This document shows, piece by piece, positions 20,571-32,439 of a stretch of DNA of 64,000 nucleotides. The notes beneath the pieces are model-generated. The model saw only the letters and a list, made by a program, of their open reading frames with translations. It ran no database searches and had not been told where the DNA came from. The DNA is taken from assembly GCA_019828565.1 (NCBI GenBank), contig JAHDYR010000015.1, positions 423,605 through 487,604 of the forward strand. The letters run 5' to 3'. Numbering within the stretch: the first letter of the stretch is position 1; the number at the start of each line of letters is the position of its first letter. Source of the stretch: Carpediemonas membranifera BICM (lineage: Eukaryota > Protista > Fornicata). The translations under genes and the position numbers were made by a program.

Positions 20571-22719
20571 GCGGACTCCTACTGAGGTCTGCTGTGTAGG
20601 GGTGGATGTCGACCCAGTTCTCCGTGGCAGAGGGGAGCGTGCGGAGCTTCAGGGTAGCCCGTCTTGCAGAGGTGGCGAAGAAGGAGAGCTTGCCTACGAT
20701 CTTCGCCCAGTCTTTCGCGCGGATGCGCTTCTTGACGAGTGCTTCTGATAGGGCCTCTGCGTACCTCTTGGCCTTGTCGGCGGGGAGACGGATGGTGTTG
20801 GACGTGGTGTTCAGGAGCAGGCCAAGGAATTCTATGCACTGGCACGGTGTTAAGATGCACTTCTCCAGCGACGGGATGAGGCCCAGTGCCTCCATCGTCT
20901 TGATGATCTTGGGTATTTCCTTGCTGAGGTGGTCTCTGCTGTCGGCTGACAGTAAGAAGTCGTCGAGGTAGACGTTGACGATTACCTTGTGGCGGAGGGC
21001 GATGACCTTTGCTACCTGGACCATAGCGGACTGGAAGAAATAAGGCGCGGCGGTCCAACCGAAGCCTAGCGTGCGGTATTGGAACGCCCGACCGTCGGGC
21101 AGAGCGATGCCCAGGAGCGGTTTGTCCGAGTCTCTGATGGCCAGCTGTGAGTAGCCGGATCTTAGGTCTATCTTGGCCATCCAGGCCTGGCTGGAGAGTG
21201 TGTTGATGGCACGACGTATGCCGAACAGACGGAAGGAGCGGCGTTCGCGTGTGACCGTGTTCAGCCGCCTCAGGTCGTGGATCACTCTTATGTCTTCCCC
21301 CTTGGGGACAGCAAACAGCGGGGCGCTGTGCTTGAGCTGACTGAGGGGCGTCGGCTCGATGATTCCTTGTTGTGTCATTGATTCGAGCTTCGGAAGTATC
21401 CTCGGGTCGATGGTCCTCTGTGGGGCTGCCGGTGGTGGAGGCGCTGTGATCTCGACGGGGATTCCGTCTCGTACCCGCGCTACTACTGCTGGAGCTACCC
21501 TGAATTGTTCCCACACCCGCCATCGCGAATGGGTTGATGGGAATATTAGGAGCGGGCCCGGCGGCCGACGCTGCTGGAGCCCTGCTCCTGAAAATTCCGA
21601 CGCTTACGCTTGCCCTTAGTCTTGGCCTTAGCGAGGATCGTCTCGATCTCCATCTCAGACTTCGGGGGCGTGGCTCGCAGGGCTGCAGTGGCGTAGTCAC
21701 AGACGTTGTCGTCGTAGTCGTCCTTGAGGAGAAGGACCTTGAACCGGCTCAGGAGACGGAGCAGTAGATCGTTCACGTCGAGTGAGTGCGGGTCCGCGGT
21801 CGTCAGGAGACGCATGATCTCGCGTAGGAACTTGGCTTCGTCGCGGGGCCCGTACCTCTTGGGGAGCTCCAAATCGAACAAGAAGGACGGAAAGCCTTGG
21901 AAGGTTCCCTGGGTTGCTTGCTCATCGGTTTCTAGCTCGTACTCTTCTTGTTCTACCTCCCTCTGGATGGATCTTTCCTCGATGTTCTCCATCTTCGTTT
22001 TCATGAACTCCAATGTGGCAGTTACGTTGTTGGTAAACTTTCGGAACTCTTCCTGGGATACAGGAGGTTCTGCGGACGTGCCCGATGTGCCTTCGGGCAT
22101 TCGAAATTCTGATGCCATAAACTGCACGTTTCCGTGCGCCCTCTCGGGCGTCTCAGCACCCCGGGTGCCAATGGGCTCGAGTGGTGCTCCGGTCAGGCTA
22201 GCTGTCCTAGCCTCTAGACATACTTGCTCTACCCAACGGGGGGGCGATCGTTTATTAAAGAAGAGAGCTAGTGTAAACGATCAGGGGACTCCGGCCAGCT
22301 TACCTACTGGGCGGATATACCGGTCTTGACCAGTATCGTGCCGTCGGATCTGGATGTTCCGAATTTTCTACCATTCTGCCCGCATAAACTGCGCGGCTCG
22401 CCTGGTCGGCGCATCACCATGCCGGAGCGAGGCGATCTCATTGCCCTCCGCTCACGGCCCGTTACCCGAGGTAACCTGTCAGCGCGATGTAACGCCAGCT
22501 AGCTGTCCTAGCCTCTAGACATACTTGCTCTACCCAACGGGGATATCCCACCGGCAACGAGCATAGTGGAATGGCTTGCAGGCACGCTTGCGAGCCCAAA
22601 CCGACCGTCTCCTCGAGAGACCGCGTCAAAGAATGTCTGTTGTGGCTTACATCTGCCGTTGTAACGCGTGTCAGCCCCACCCTACCTAGCTCTCCCAGCC
22701 ACTAGCTCCCGTCAGAGAT

Positions 22720-25626
22720 TTAAAGTGGTGGTTGGAGAAGGATGGAGGCCAGGTGTCCCTGGACCCCCGGGTGTGTGCGGACCCCGTTGCCCATATATCT
22801 CAGCATGCTTTTCGTGGAGGCCCACGTCCCCATGGACAGGAGGACTTCGGTACTCGTGTGGGCTACCGCCAACTCCGTGGTGGCGCCCTTGCGGAATGAG
22901 TGCCACGAAATGTCGGTGCCGTACGCCTGGTGGATCCAGTGGCGGAGGGTTGACGCCGGTAGCGGATTCGATAGTGAAATACCACCGGTTGAGGTGATCG
23001 CCCGCCAGATGAGGTCGTCGTCGCGGCGCGTTGCCGTGGGGACCCATGCCTTCAGGGCCCTTGCTGGGTTAAAGCGGGCCCACGATTGGTTTGGTACCAG
23101 CTTGCGGACGCCTGTGGCAGTCTTAGTTCTCGCGAACAGAAGGAGGGCATTGCCATCAGCGTCGAACTCGACGTCTCTTCGTCTGAGCCCAAAGATCTCT
23201 GCGCCTCTACTCACGGTGATAAAGCAGAGAGCAGAAAAGAGGGCGGCCTGGAAGGCTTGGGGTGACTTCCGACGTCGTCTGTCTATGACCCTGCGGACTC
23301 TCGCGGACGTGACAGGCTTCGCACCCCCGGTCAGGCCTTCTACAGAGGCGACGTTCCGGGCGGCGGCGATTATCTGCTTGGCAGCGGTCGGGGGGCGCCA
23401 GTCAGACACGAGTGGGGCGGCCTCGCAAATCCAGTAGCCTTTCCTGTGTATCGACTGTGGGCCCGACGTGGTACCCTCGGTCAGAAGGAACTCTTTGAGC
23501 TGTTGCGCGTGTGAGTGGCTCGCGTTGCGGGATTGGAGGAATTTGGCGACCCAGCCCGCTGCTGTGCGGCGCGACGATTCGTTTCTGAAATGTGATAGTC
23601 GGTCGTCAGCGAGGAGGGCTTGGAACGGGTCCTCAGGATAAGCGCCACGAAGCGGATCTTGCCCTTGTCTGTCGCTGTCCAGGCTAGCTCGGACTGCAGG
23701 AGGTGTTTCGCCTGGACTCTGAGGTACAACTTGAGGGGTGTCAAACGTTTGATGGCTCGGACCTCGGGCGAGTTGAGGTCCGGGCACAGGACTATCGCCG
23801 CTGATCTCCAGTGTCGAGGGTTCCCAGTCTGGGTCGAGGCGCGTATTGTCTGGAGGCGACGACACGTCACTCCAAGAAGGGCTATAGGAGGAGCTATATA
23901 AATCCTGACTCCCCTCCAGTCCATCTGGAAGCCGTTGTCGTGGATTGACCAGGCTATTTCTGCAAAGCCTGGTAAGGCCAGAACCTTGTCGGGGCGTGCT
24001 GTGACGTCGATCTCGACCGGCCCCCACTTGCGCATGATGGTTTCCAAGACTTCTCGGGGTGACGACCAGTCGAGCTTGGCGAACCTGGAGAGCCTGTCCG
24101 CCTGGACATTCAGGTGTCCGGCAATATGGAAGCAGTGGACGTCGAGGCGCTTGGTTTCTGCCGTGTTGTAGATGTCCTGTAGGATCTGGTGTGCGGCTGG
24201 GGGGAGGTTCGGCGATCCCCGTCTGTTTACCCAGCTGATGGCAGCTGAGTTGTCGGCAAAGACTGTGAGAGAGGAGCGTGACTCCTGCTGGGGCACGAGA
24301 TTGATCGCCTGAGCGATCGCGAAGAGCTCCTTGACGCCAATGTGTTCCCCCTTGAGATGAGGGGGGAAGGCACCCTGTGATGCCGCTCCCTTCTCCCCAT
24401 TGAACAGGCATGCTCCCCAGCCGGACGTTGATGCGTCTGAGGTGACAGAAATCTGGAGCGTATCGCGTATTTCCCAGTCCGCTCTTGCTTCGGCGAACCT
24501 CTTGGGTGGGCGATCGCGGAGGAGGACTTGCCACGCCGCCAGCTGCCTGCGGATTTGGCTGGAGAGGTGGACGGTCTCCGTTGTAGGGGTGGCCTGCAGT
24601 GGTCTGAGTGCGAGGCGGGCGAACTGTGTGGTCCCTGCGAAGAATGACAGACGGCCTAGGAGCTTCTGCCAGTCTGAAGCTGTGATGGACCCGACCCGGA
24701 GGGCCTTGGCGATCGTGGCCGTGTAGGTCTCGGCCTTGTCTTTTGAGATTCTTAGGGACTCGCTTGCGGTGTCTATGTGGACACCTAAGTAGTCTACCTG
24801 CTGGGTCGGCGTGAGGACGCACTTGTTGAGGCCCGGTATCGCCCCCAGCGATAGCATGAGGTCGATGATCTGCGGGGTGACCGAAGCTAGGTACGATGGG
24901 GAGGCATGGGTCACTAAGAAGTCGTCGAGATAGACCGCGATGGTCACCCCGAACCTGTGTGCGATGATCTTTGCAAGCTGTATGGTCGTGCTCTGGAACA
25001 CGTACGGCGCCGCTGTCCATCCGAAGCCGAGTGTGTTGTACCTGAATGCGCGGCCGTCCGGTAGGACCACGCCTAGGAGGGGGGAGTCTCGCGAGGCGAC
25101 GCCAAGTTGGTGGTATCCCGATGCTAGGTCTATCTTGATCATGTAGTCGTTCTTGTGCAGATTGCGGACCGCCCGTCTGATGCCGAACAGACGAAACACC
25201 CTCAGCTCTGCTGTCAACTCGTTCAGGGCTCGGAGGTCGTGCACGGGGCGGACATCGTCTTTGCCCTTCGACACCGCGAACAGGGGTGCGCTGTGACGCA
25301 GTTCGTCTATCGGGCACGGGGAGAGGACGCCCTTGGCGACTAGCTCTTCGATCTTCGGGAGTAGGCGGGGGTCCACTCGCCTTTGCGGTTCTGGTGGAGG
25401 GGGCGCAGAGGTGAGGTGGATAGGGACGCCATCCCGCAGCCAGCTTACTACCTCGGGGGAGGCACCGAGTCTTGCCCACACCGGCCACTTTTTGTTCATT
25501 GACGGGAACTGAACATCTGTGGCAAGGGCTACTTCTTGTGCTTCTTGTGAAACCCCCCTTTGTTCGGGGGCTGGTCCTTTCTCTTACCCTTGGCTCTGGC
25601 TTTGGCTGCGCAGTAGGAGATGGCAC
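22720..25626 (-). CDS. Y4 tyrosine recombinase ORF (overlaps RT ORF)
   Basis: VSRGAEI...RTKT...HSFRKG...GTW...RYM. Confidence 0.88.
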   Translation of the reverse strand: MPSPTAQPKPEPRVRERTSPRTKGGFTRSTRSSPCHRCSVPVNEQKVAGVGKTRCLPRGSKLAAGWRPYPPHLCAPSTRTAKASGPPPTPEDRRASRQGRPLPVPDRRTASQRTPVRGVEGQRRCPPRARPPSPERVDSRAEGVSSVRHQTGGPQSAQERLHDQDRPSIGIPPTWRRLARLPPPRRGPTGRPRIQVQHTRLRMDSGAVRVPEHDHTACKDHRTQVRGDHRGLSRRLLSDPCLPIVPSFGHPADHRPHAIAGGDTGPQQVRPHADPAGRLLRCPHRHRKRVPKNLKRQGRDLHGHDRQGPPGRVHHSFRLAEAPRPSVILRRDHTVRPPRTQTTAGHPYNGDRPPLQPNPQAAGGVASPPPRSPTQEVRRSKSGLGNTRYAPDFCHLRRINVRLGSMPVQWGEGSGITGCLPPSSQGGTHWRQGALRDRSGDQSRAPAGVTLLSHSLCRQLSCHQLGKQTGIAEPPPSRTPDPTGHLQHGRNQAPRRPLLPYCRTPECPGGQALQVRQARLVVTPRSLGNHHAQVGAGRDRRHSTPRQGSGLTRLCRNSLVNPRQRLPDGLEGSQDLYSSSYSPSWSDVSSPPDNTRLDPDWEPSTLEISGDSPVPGPQLARGPSHQTFDTPQVVPQSPGETPPAVRASLDSDRQGQDPLRGAYPEDPFQALLADDRLSHFRNESSRRTAAGWVAKFLQSRNASHSHAQQLKEFLLTEGTTSGPQSIHRKGYWICEAAPLVSDWRPPTAAKQIIAAARNVASVEGLTGGAKPVTSARVRRVIDRRRRKSPQAFQAALFSALCFITVSRGAEIFGLRRRDVEFDADGNALLLFARTKTATGVRKLVPNQSWARFNPARALKAWVPTATRRDDDLIWRAITSTGGISLSNPLPASTLRHWIHQAYGTDISWHSFRKGATTELAVAHTSTEVLLSMGTWASTKSMLRYMGNGVRTHPGVQGHLASILLQPPL
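23481..25499 (-). CDS. Y4 RT / RNase H / methyltransferase-like protein
   Basis: IDLASGYHQ, LGFGW, YLDD, TSDAS, ADRLSR, WGPVEID...YIAPP. Confidence 0.93.
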   Translation of the reverse strand: MNKKWPVWARLGASPEVVSWLRDGVPIHLTSAPPPPEPQRRVDPRLLPKIEELVAKGVLSPCPIDELRHSAPLFAVSKGKDDVRPVHDLRALNELTAELRVFRLFGIRRAVRNLHKNDYMIKIDLASGYHQLGVASRDSPLLGVVLPDGRAFRYNTLGFGWTAAPYVFQSTTIQLAKIIAHRFGVTIAVYLDDFLVTHASPSYLASVTPQIIDLMLSLGAIPGLNKCVLTPTQQVDYLGVHIDTASESLRISKDKAETYTATIAKALRVGSITASDWQKLLGRLSFFAGTTQFARLALRPLQATPTTETVHLSSQIRRQLAAWQVLLRDRPPKRFAEARADWEIRDTLQISVTSDASTSGWGACLFNGEKGAASQGAFPPHLKGEHIGVKELFAIAQAINLVPQQESRSSLTVFADNSAAISWVNRRGSPNLPPAAHQILQDIYNTAETKRLDVHCFHIAGHLNVQADRLSRFAKLDWSSPREVLETIMRKWGPVEIDVTARPDKVLALPGFAEIAWSIHDNGFQMDWRGVRIYIAPPIALLGVTCRRLQTIRASTQTGNPRHWRSAAIVLCPDLNSPEVRAIKRLTPLKLYLRVQAKHLLQSELAWTATDKGKIRFVALILRTRSKPSSLTTDYHISETNRRAAQQRAGSPNSSNPATRATHTRNSSKSSF

Positions 25627-26056
25627 GGGGGGGTTTGGTCTGGGACGTGTTGAACAAGTCGAGAAACAGTTCGCAGGTTGCGTCCGACCAGTTGTCGTCC
25701 TTGAGGTCCAGAAGGGTACGGCGTGCTTGGAGTTCCACCAGGAGTCTTGCTTTGAGCGGCTCGTCGTCGAGGGCGTTGACGATCACCATCACGCGGCGAA
25801 GCCACTTTGCTTCCGCCTTAAGTGGTCTCTTTGTCGGAAGCTCGCCGTATGCATCCATCTCTGCCAGTGTTTGGTCAATATCCGCTTCATCTTGTTCAGG
25901 GAAGAAATCAATTTGGGATTCCTTCGGCGGCTCGGTCTCGGGCGGCGGAGGAGGCGGATTAAGCTTTGCAAGCTGTTGCGAGATGGTAGCGATTGAGGCT
26001 TCTAGGTTATTGAGCCTCGTTGCCGTCGGATCTGGATGTTCCGAATTTTCTACCAT
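25529..26056 (-). CDS. Y4 Gag-like ORF1
   Basis: Starts inside repeat A1; similar to 21546-22127 (ELP..R....EAK.LR...LKDD). Confidence 0.8.
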   Translation of the reverse strand: MVENSEHPDPTATRLNNLEASIATISQQLAKLNPPPPPPETEPPKESQIDFFPEQDEADIDQTLAEMDAYGELPTKRPLKAEAKWLRRVMVIVNALDDEPLKARLLVELQARRTLLDLKDDNWSDATCELFLDLFNTSQTKPPRAISYCAAKARAKGKRKDQPPNKGGFHKKHKK

Positions 26057-27549
26057 TCTGCCCGCATAAACTGCGCGGCTCGCCTGGTCGGCGCATCACC
26101 ATGCCGGAGCGAGGCGATCTCATTGCCCTCCGCTCACGGCCCGTTACCCGAGGTTACCTGTCAGCGCGATGTAACGCCACGCTACGGAGAAGCACACGGA
26201 GGGCTCGTTCGACGTCGTGGTCGCTCGTGGGCACGCTCGGGGTGGTGTGGGGGCGATACGAGGCGTTGGGCCTAAAAGTGCGCGTTGCAGATTTTCGGCA
26301 CTTCGACACCGAATGCGGGAATTTCGCTGAGAAAGCAACGAATACGGAAAGTAGCGCTGAAAAAGAAATCAATATCAATTAGTCATCGCAAAAGGCGTTG
26401 TAGCCATGCGATGCAAGCACAGCGACCGCGTGCCGTGCTTCTTCAGTCCAATCACGGGCAACGAGGCAGTTTCCTCTCCAAATTGCTGCGAAAACACGTT
26501 CATGAACACGTGTTGCGTTCTTGCCGCTCATCAAAGCGGTGAACTCCTTCATCCAACCGTTTGCCGTCACCACGTGGCCGCCCATCTCTGAGCGCCTACC
26601 GCAGCGCCCATCGAGGGACACTACGGCCGGGATCACATCAACATTCCACGGGGCGTACCGCTCACGCTTCTTCCGAGCCGTGTCGTGGTACTCGTTCGAG
26701 ACCACAACATCGATGGCCGTAGGGTTCGTGCCGCGGTCGTTGAACGCGAAGACGTCAACTCGGGCGTCTCTGTGCGTTGTGTCGGGGTCTTTCGTGTAAC
26801 GGGAGGAGTGGCGGAGCCAGAACTCCTTCCTGGCAGGGACACCGTTGTTTGAGAGCTCCGAGAAGAGACTCTCGACGATCGTGTCGTGCCTGGCGGTGGT
26901 CTTGGCTCCTCCGTGAAGGCATTTGCATGTCACCATATGCTCTGGGGTGGCCAACACGTGGCGGGGGTCAGCTCCGACGTTCAACTGGCCTGATGCCGCA
27001 TTGGTTACTGACTTCAGGGCACAGATTGGACAGAACTTAGTCGCGGACACGAAGGCAGCAAGCCCGAGGTGCTTTCTGAGGGCCGCCTGCAGCGGGACAC
27101 CTGTAAGGCTCGTTGTGTGATCGTGACTGCGAAGGGGGTCGGCAGTCAGCGCGCGGCTTAGCACACTGGGCTGCGCTGTGTCGACACGAGCTTCCTTGGT
27201 CATGTTGGTAGTTATCTTGTCAACCAAGTGTGCCTGTGTCTTCTCAGGCAGGGCCAGCAGCTGGGCTTCGGTGACTGGCCAACCAGTTGTGAGGTGCTGG
27301 AAACCTTCGCTGATCGTGGAAAGGGTGGCAGGAAGGCCATGCTTCTCCCCGTACCGTGCAAGTTGGCGCAGGGCACCAATCCTGGCACACGGCCAGACGA
27401 TAGTGGTGTTGTGGGTCCTACCCAAAGTTACACAGATTTACGTTATATTTAATAGTCAAGGAGTTTCTCCTCGACACCCTTGTGTCGAGTCTTCTCCTCA
27501 GTAAAAGTTCAACACCCATTGAACCACAGTACTAGTACTACCAAAACAT

Positions 27550-30500
27550 ATGGGTACGGAAACTTACAGAAGCCTGAAGAAGAATCCGCCTCTCCTGAAG
27601 AAGTCCTCCATGGACGCTCTTTTGGACTTTGCGGATAACCTCCACGATCATCGCGCCTTAGGCGGCCGCGATGATGTTATTGACCTCATCGAGCCTAGCA
27701 TAGCAGAGCTAGCAGGCCTTAACGACGACGAAGAGGTTGAAGACACTCCTCTCCTGCTCTCCGCGAAGCTCCGTAAGAAACGTCGTGTCGCAGCCCAAGA
27801 TGAACGAGTCCTCAAGCGCCTCGGTGCTGCCCTTCGACCTTCTCGCCCGAGCATGCGTCTACAGCTCTTCCGAGTCCCCGCCAAGTCCTTCGAGCCTGAT
27901 GAGGTTGCTCGAGTGAACCGCCGATTCAATCTGCTCTTGAAGCTCGTTCAACCCGAAGATCCCGAGGACGTCTTGAAGGAGACGTACAGCCGCTGCTTCA
28001 AGTTCCCCAACAACAGTCGCATCATGTATCGAGTCAGAGAATCAACGGAGCGCAAGGATCTCAAGGACGCAATGGCTGATGTCCTCGTCATGTCACGCGA
28101 CCTCAAGGAGTCCAAGGAGATGATCGCTTCCTTCGGCGCTGCGGGGGTCTCCGACTCACAGCGTACCAACACCACGCCCTCCCATACACGGCACACGGGG
28201 AGCGGTCCGAAGAACCCTCATCGACGCGAGCCTGACCGCACGAACGTAGCCCCCTCAAAAGGCAAGCCGATCGACAAGCCCAAGCACGAGAAGAAGCCAT
28301 TCGTGTGCTTCAACTGCGGTAAGGTCGGTCACTCCGCTCGCCGATGCCCTGCTCCGAAGACAACCTGTTCCAAGTGCCAGAAGCCGGGCCACCGAGCTGA
28401 ATTCTGCCGTTCTGAGGTAAATTCAGCTCGTTGTGTGTTTTCTCTCGGTTCCCGTCAGAGTGTCCTCCCCTCCGTCAAGGCTAGCATTCTTAAGCAAGTC
28501 GTGTCCGTCCTGTTCGACTCGGGCGCTGACTGCGCAACCATTGACCCCAAGCTCTGCCACGGCAAGGCAGTGAAGTGGATCTCACACGAGAAGACACTTA
28601 TCGAGACAGTGGGCGGCGTCAGAGAGGCCGATGGTCAGGTATCCTTCCGCCTCGTCTTAGCGCCCTCGCCATTCACTCCGCGCGGATGCTCTATCACTAT
28701 TAAGGCCTACGTCCTGTCGACCGCTTTCGATGTATGCCTGGGTTACCCTCAGATGGTGGAGATCGGCCTTCTCCCTTCGTTGTCTGAGCCTACCAGCGAG
28801 CTCGCAGCCAGCGACGAACCACCTACATTCGAGAAGTACGTCGCGCAAGCCAGAGCCATGTCCTCTTCCTTTTCTCAGAGGCAGGCCGACATCCTCAAGC
28901 GTTACGCCCGGACATTCGTGGACCGTACCGAGCCAAGCCGGCTCGAACCGTATGATTTGGTCCTCAAGGGTGACAGAGTCGTACACATTCGGCCGTACTA
29001 TGTTCCCCCGCCGAAAGTCCCGATCATTCAAGAGCACATTAATACGCTCCTGGCAAAGCGCTACATCGAGGCATGCCAGTCTCAATACGCGAGCCCTACC
29101 ATCATAGTTCCAAAGAAGGGGGGAAAGACGCGTTTTGTCGTCGACTTCCGCGAGATCAATCAACTAACGGAACCATTCGACTACCCCATCCCTCGCATAG
29201 ACGAAGTTCTCACTCAACTGTCCGGAAAGTCTGTGTTCGCTACCCTAGACTTGTCAGCAGGATACCATCAGATCCCTCTTACTGAACGGTGCCGTCACCT
29301 AACCGCCTTCCGTACTGTTTTTGGTCAATACCAATATACACGGATGCCCTTCGGCTTACGTAACGCCGGAGCGTACTTCCAGAGGGCGATGGAAGACGGG
29401 TTCAAGGGTCTGGTGGGCTCCGCCTGTGTCATATACATTGATGACATCATCGTCATGGGTGCGGATGAGGACGAGTACCTGGGAAACCTCGAAAAAGTCA
29501 TGCAACGCGTTGACAAGCTTAACCTTCAGCTCGGCCGAGATAAGTGCCAGTTCGGTCGGCAAGAGGTCGAGTTCCTCGGGTGGATCATATCCCAAGGCAG
29601 CGTGAAGATCTCACCCCAGCGGACCGAAGATATCGCGAACCTCAAGCTGTCTTCATCCACGAAGGGCATGCAGGGTCTCAACGGATTCCTCAACTATTTC
29701 CGCGATTACATACCCAACTTCGCGGTCCGAGCTAAGCCTCTGCTAGACGCCATGTCCGGTCGGCAGACCCCCCTCGAGACGTTCTTCAGAAGTCGCTGGA
29801 CGATCTGAAACAAGCTTTATGTTCGGCCGACGCTCTAGCCATGTTCGACGCGACTAAGCCTCACACCGTCATGACTGACGCATCCGATGTCGGGTACGGA
29901 GCAGTCTTACTCCAAGAGGGCCGACCAGTTTGCTATATGTCGCGTGCGTTCAACGACGTCCAGTCACGCTGGTGTACCGGTGAGAAAGAAGCCTACGCTA
30001 TCGTGGCAGCGTTACAACGATGGCGCAAGTTCCTGTGCTGGGAGAGCTTTACTATTCTCACGGATCACCGGAACCTACTCTATATGTACCGGTCCACCAA
30101 CGCCAAGGTCCGCCGGTGGGCTGATTCGATCGCCGATTTAGATTTCACCCTACAGCACATCGCCGGTCTGGACAACGGTGGAGCCGACGGTCTCTCGAGA
30201 GTATTCTCCATGCAACAGGCGTCGAGGGATCAGGTATCCCGCGCTCATCTCACAGCAGGAGCTCATCTGTCTCGCCGGATGACAACCGAGCAACTTAGGG
30301 CCGACGGTTTGTCTGTCTCCCGTCAAGTCGTAGACGACGTGATTACCGCGTGTCCAGAGTGCCAAGTCTTGGCCCGCCCTCCTGTTGATACGCCCGACGG
30401 CCTGCATACAGCTGTAGACCTCCCGTTCCGGCGTGTGGCCATTGACACCATGGGTCCGCTACCGACGGTCAACGGCCTGTCCTACGTGACAGTAATGATC

Positions 30501-31487
30501 GACATGTGCTCCCGCTGGACAGAGCTAGTCCCGGTCAACAGCACCTCAGCCAAAGACGCAGCCAACGCATTGGTCAACACCTGGATTCTACGATACGGAT
30601 GCCCCGAAGTCGTCCAATCGGATGGGGGCTCAGAGTTCAAAAACGCTCTGTTCAAACGCCTCTCCGAAGAGATGGGGTTCGACGTCCACATAACGACAGC
30701 ATACCATCCCCAGAGCAACGGTGTCGTCGAACGCGCGAACAAGGAGGTCGAACGCATCCTCAGAGCCAGGAAGCTGGAGTTAAGGAATAACGATTGGGTA
30801 GCACACCTACCAGTCGCCCAATTCTTGGTCAACTCAATGCCCAGGATCCCGACCCGGTTGACTCCGGCCGAGATCATGTTTGGCGCCAATTTATCAATAC
30901 CGTCATCGATCTATATCACGGATGCCGCCTCGGCTGGTCCGCCACAGTCGAAGCTAGCCGCAGCCGATGCCGCCATCCAACTCGCCAAAGCAAGGATTAG
31001 AGCCATGCGCGAAGACGCTCTCGCAAAGGCAACCTCATCGAGAAGCGAGATATTGAGCCGTTTCGTGCTGGTCAAATACTACCCAAGACCACCGAGCAAG
31101 CTAGCCCTGGGCTGGCGCGGCCCCATGAGGCGTGTCGCAGCCGTCAAACGTGATGGTGTTGTCGTCGCATATGAGGTCCAAGACCTCAGTCAGTCAGCGG
31201 ACGGTCCAACTATCAAGGTAGACGCGGCACGTGTGCGAAGATTTGACCCAGGCAAGCTCTCGGAGCAACAGATCTATGACCTCGCAGCCGCTTCCGTCGA
31301 TGAGTGGCATGTCGAGCGCATCTCACGCTCTAGAGGCTCGGGCCCCAAGTCAAGGCGCGAGTACCTCGTACACTGGGTCGGATTCGAGGATTCAGAGGCT
31401 TCATTCGAACCTTATTCGCACGTCAAAGATTTGGAAGCCCTCGATACATATTTGAAGTCTGACCAAGCCAAGCGTGACGGTCTGTAA
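27550..31487 (+). CDS. G3 Gag-Pol with chromodomain (frameshift near 29770)
   Basis: Two CCHC knuckles, LFDSGAD, LDLSAGYHQ/YIDD, TDAS, DTMGP/SDGG, VHWVGFEDSEASFEP. Confidence 0.95.
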
Positions 31488-31529
31488 AACTTCTCAACAT
31501 CGAAGCTGTATCCTCGAGGAACAAACGAT

Positions 31530-32366
31530 TTATTCAGAGCTAGATTCCTCGTCTTCCGTCTCCTCCGTGTCCGTCAGCTCGACCAACCAAGTCGGGTCAG
31601 CGTGGCGCTCAAGGGCGTTCTCAGCCAAGTACTCTCGCACACACCGGACAAGGCAGAGATCAGCGTTGAGGGACACGATGCTGAGTCCCGAGTATCCGTC
31701 ATACTGCAGGATCAACACAAAAGACCCGGGACCACAAGTCGTCTTCAGATACTCGTGACGGACTACGCACGTGACAGTGTAGTAGCGGTCCGGATCAGAG
31801 ACCTGAAGCGGCTCCCAGTGAGCCTCATCGCCAATGGCGGGCAGGTAGCCGTCGTGGCACAAGCGGCTGACCAGGGTTGCCCAGAAGTCGTTGGGAGCCG
31901 GGATGCGCCGGCTGATGCCGTAGACAGCGACACGAAAGTAGTCCGGTGCGAGGACGAGGACCAACAGGCGGTTAAGATATCCGCGCGCTGTAGTGTCCGA
32001 CTTGACCCCGCCGGCAGTCCGCACAGCCGCCACGAGAGCTGCAGAGTAGTGACCATTACCGGGTGAAGACCCACCCAGCGTGATGTCGCGGCCCCGGATC
32101 GCGGCCGACACGATGTCGCCATCGGTCAAGCGCTTCCTGCCGAGCTTGAGGTGGGCCCTCACACCGGCAAGCGCGACCTGGCAGTGAGCCACGAGAGCCA
32201 AGACCTGCTGGGTCAGCTTCACGTCCTGCACTACGGCTGCGTCGTTCAGACGACCTTGCTCAATAGCGTCAAAGATTCGCTGGAGCGGCAGCTCGATGGA
32301 GTTGGTGTAACCTTCCAGGCGTCGGGCAACCTCGGCCTTGATGTCGTGGGGCATCAGAGTCGTCAT
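31530..32366 (-). CDS. G3 antisense accessory protein with chromo-like domain
   Basis: Similar to the G1 antisense ORF; YYTVTCVVRH...FVLILQYDGY...LCLVRCVREYL. Confidence 0.8.
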   Translation of the reverse strand: MTTLMPHDIKAEVARRLEGYTNSIELPLQRIFDAIEQGRLNDAAVVQDVKLTQQVLALVAHCQVALAGVRAHLKLGRKRLTDGDIVSAAIRGRDITLGGSSPGNGHYSAALVAAVRTAGGVKSDTTARGYLNRLLVLVLAPDYFRVAVYGISRRIPAPNDFWATLVSRLCHDGYLPAIGDEAHWEPLQVSDPDRYYTVTCVVRHEYLKTTCGPGSFVLILQYDGYSGLSIVSLNADLCLVRCVREYLAENALERHADPTWLVELTDTEETEDEESSSE

Positions 32367-32439
32367 CGTCAGGGTGCGAGTGATGCGTTCTGAGGCTTGC
32401 ACGCGGTGACTATATAACCTCACGGTTGATGTTTGTTAC

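Larger units (their letters stand above)
15621..22196 (-). mobile_element. Y3: DIRS-order retrotransposon interrupted by G2 and partly deleted
   Basis: Recombinase 15810-16959 (frameshift near 16390; HSFRKG), MT-like tail 16644-16997, RT ~20570-21516 (YLDD; RNase H missing), gag-like 21546-22127. Confidence 0.88.
22197..26179 (-). mobile_element. Y4: complete PAT-like tyrosine-recombinase retrotransposon with split direct repeats (A1-ORFs-B1-A2-B2)
   Basis: A1 26021-26179 matches A2 22339-22497 (1 mismatch seen); B1 22498-22542 matches B2 22197-22241; gag, RT/RH/MT and recombinase ORFs are uninterrupted. Confidence 0.95.
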
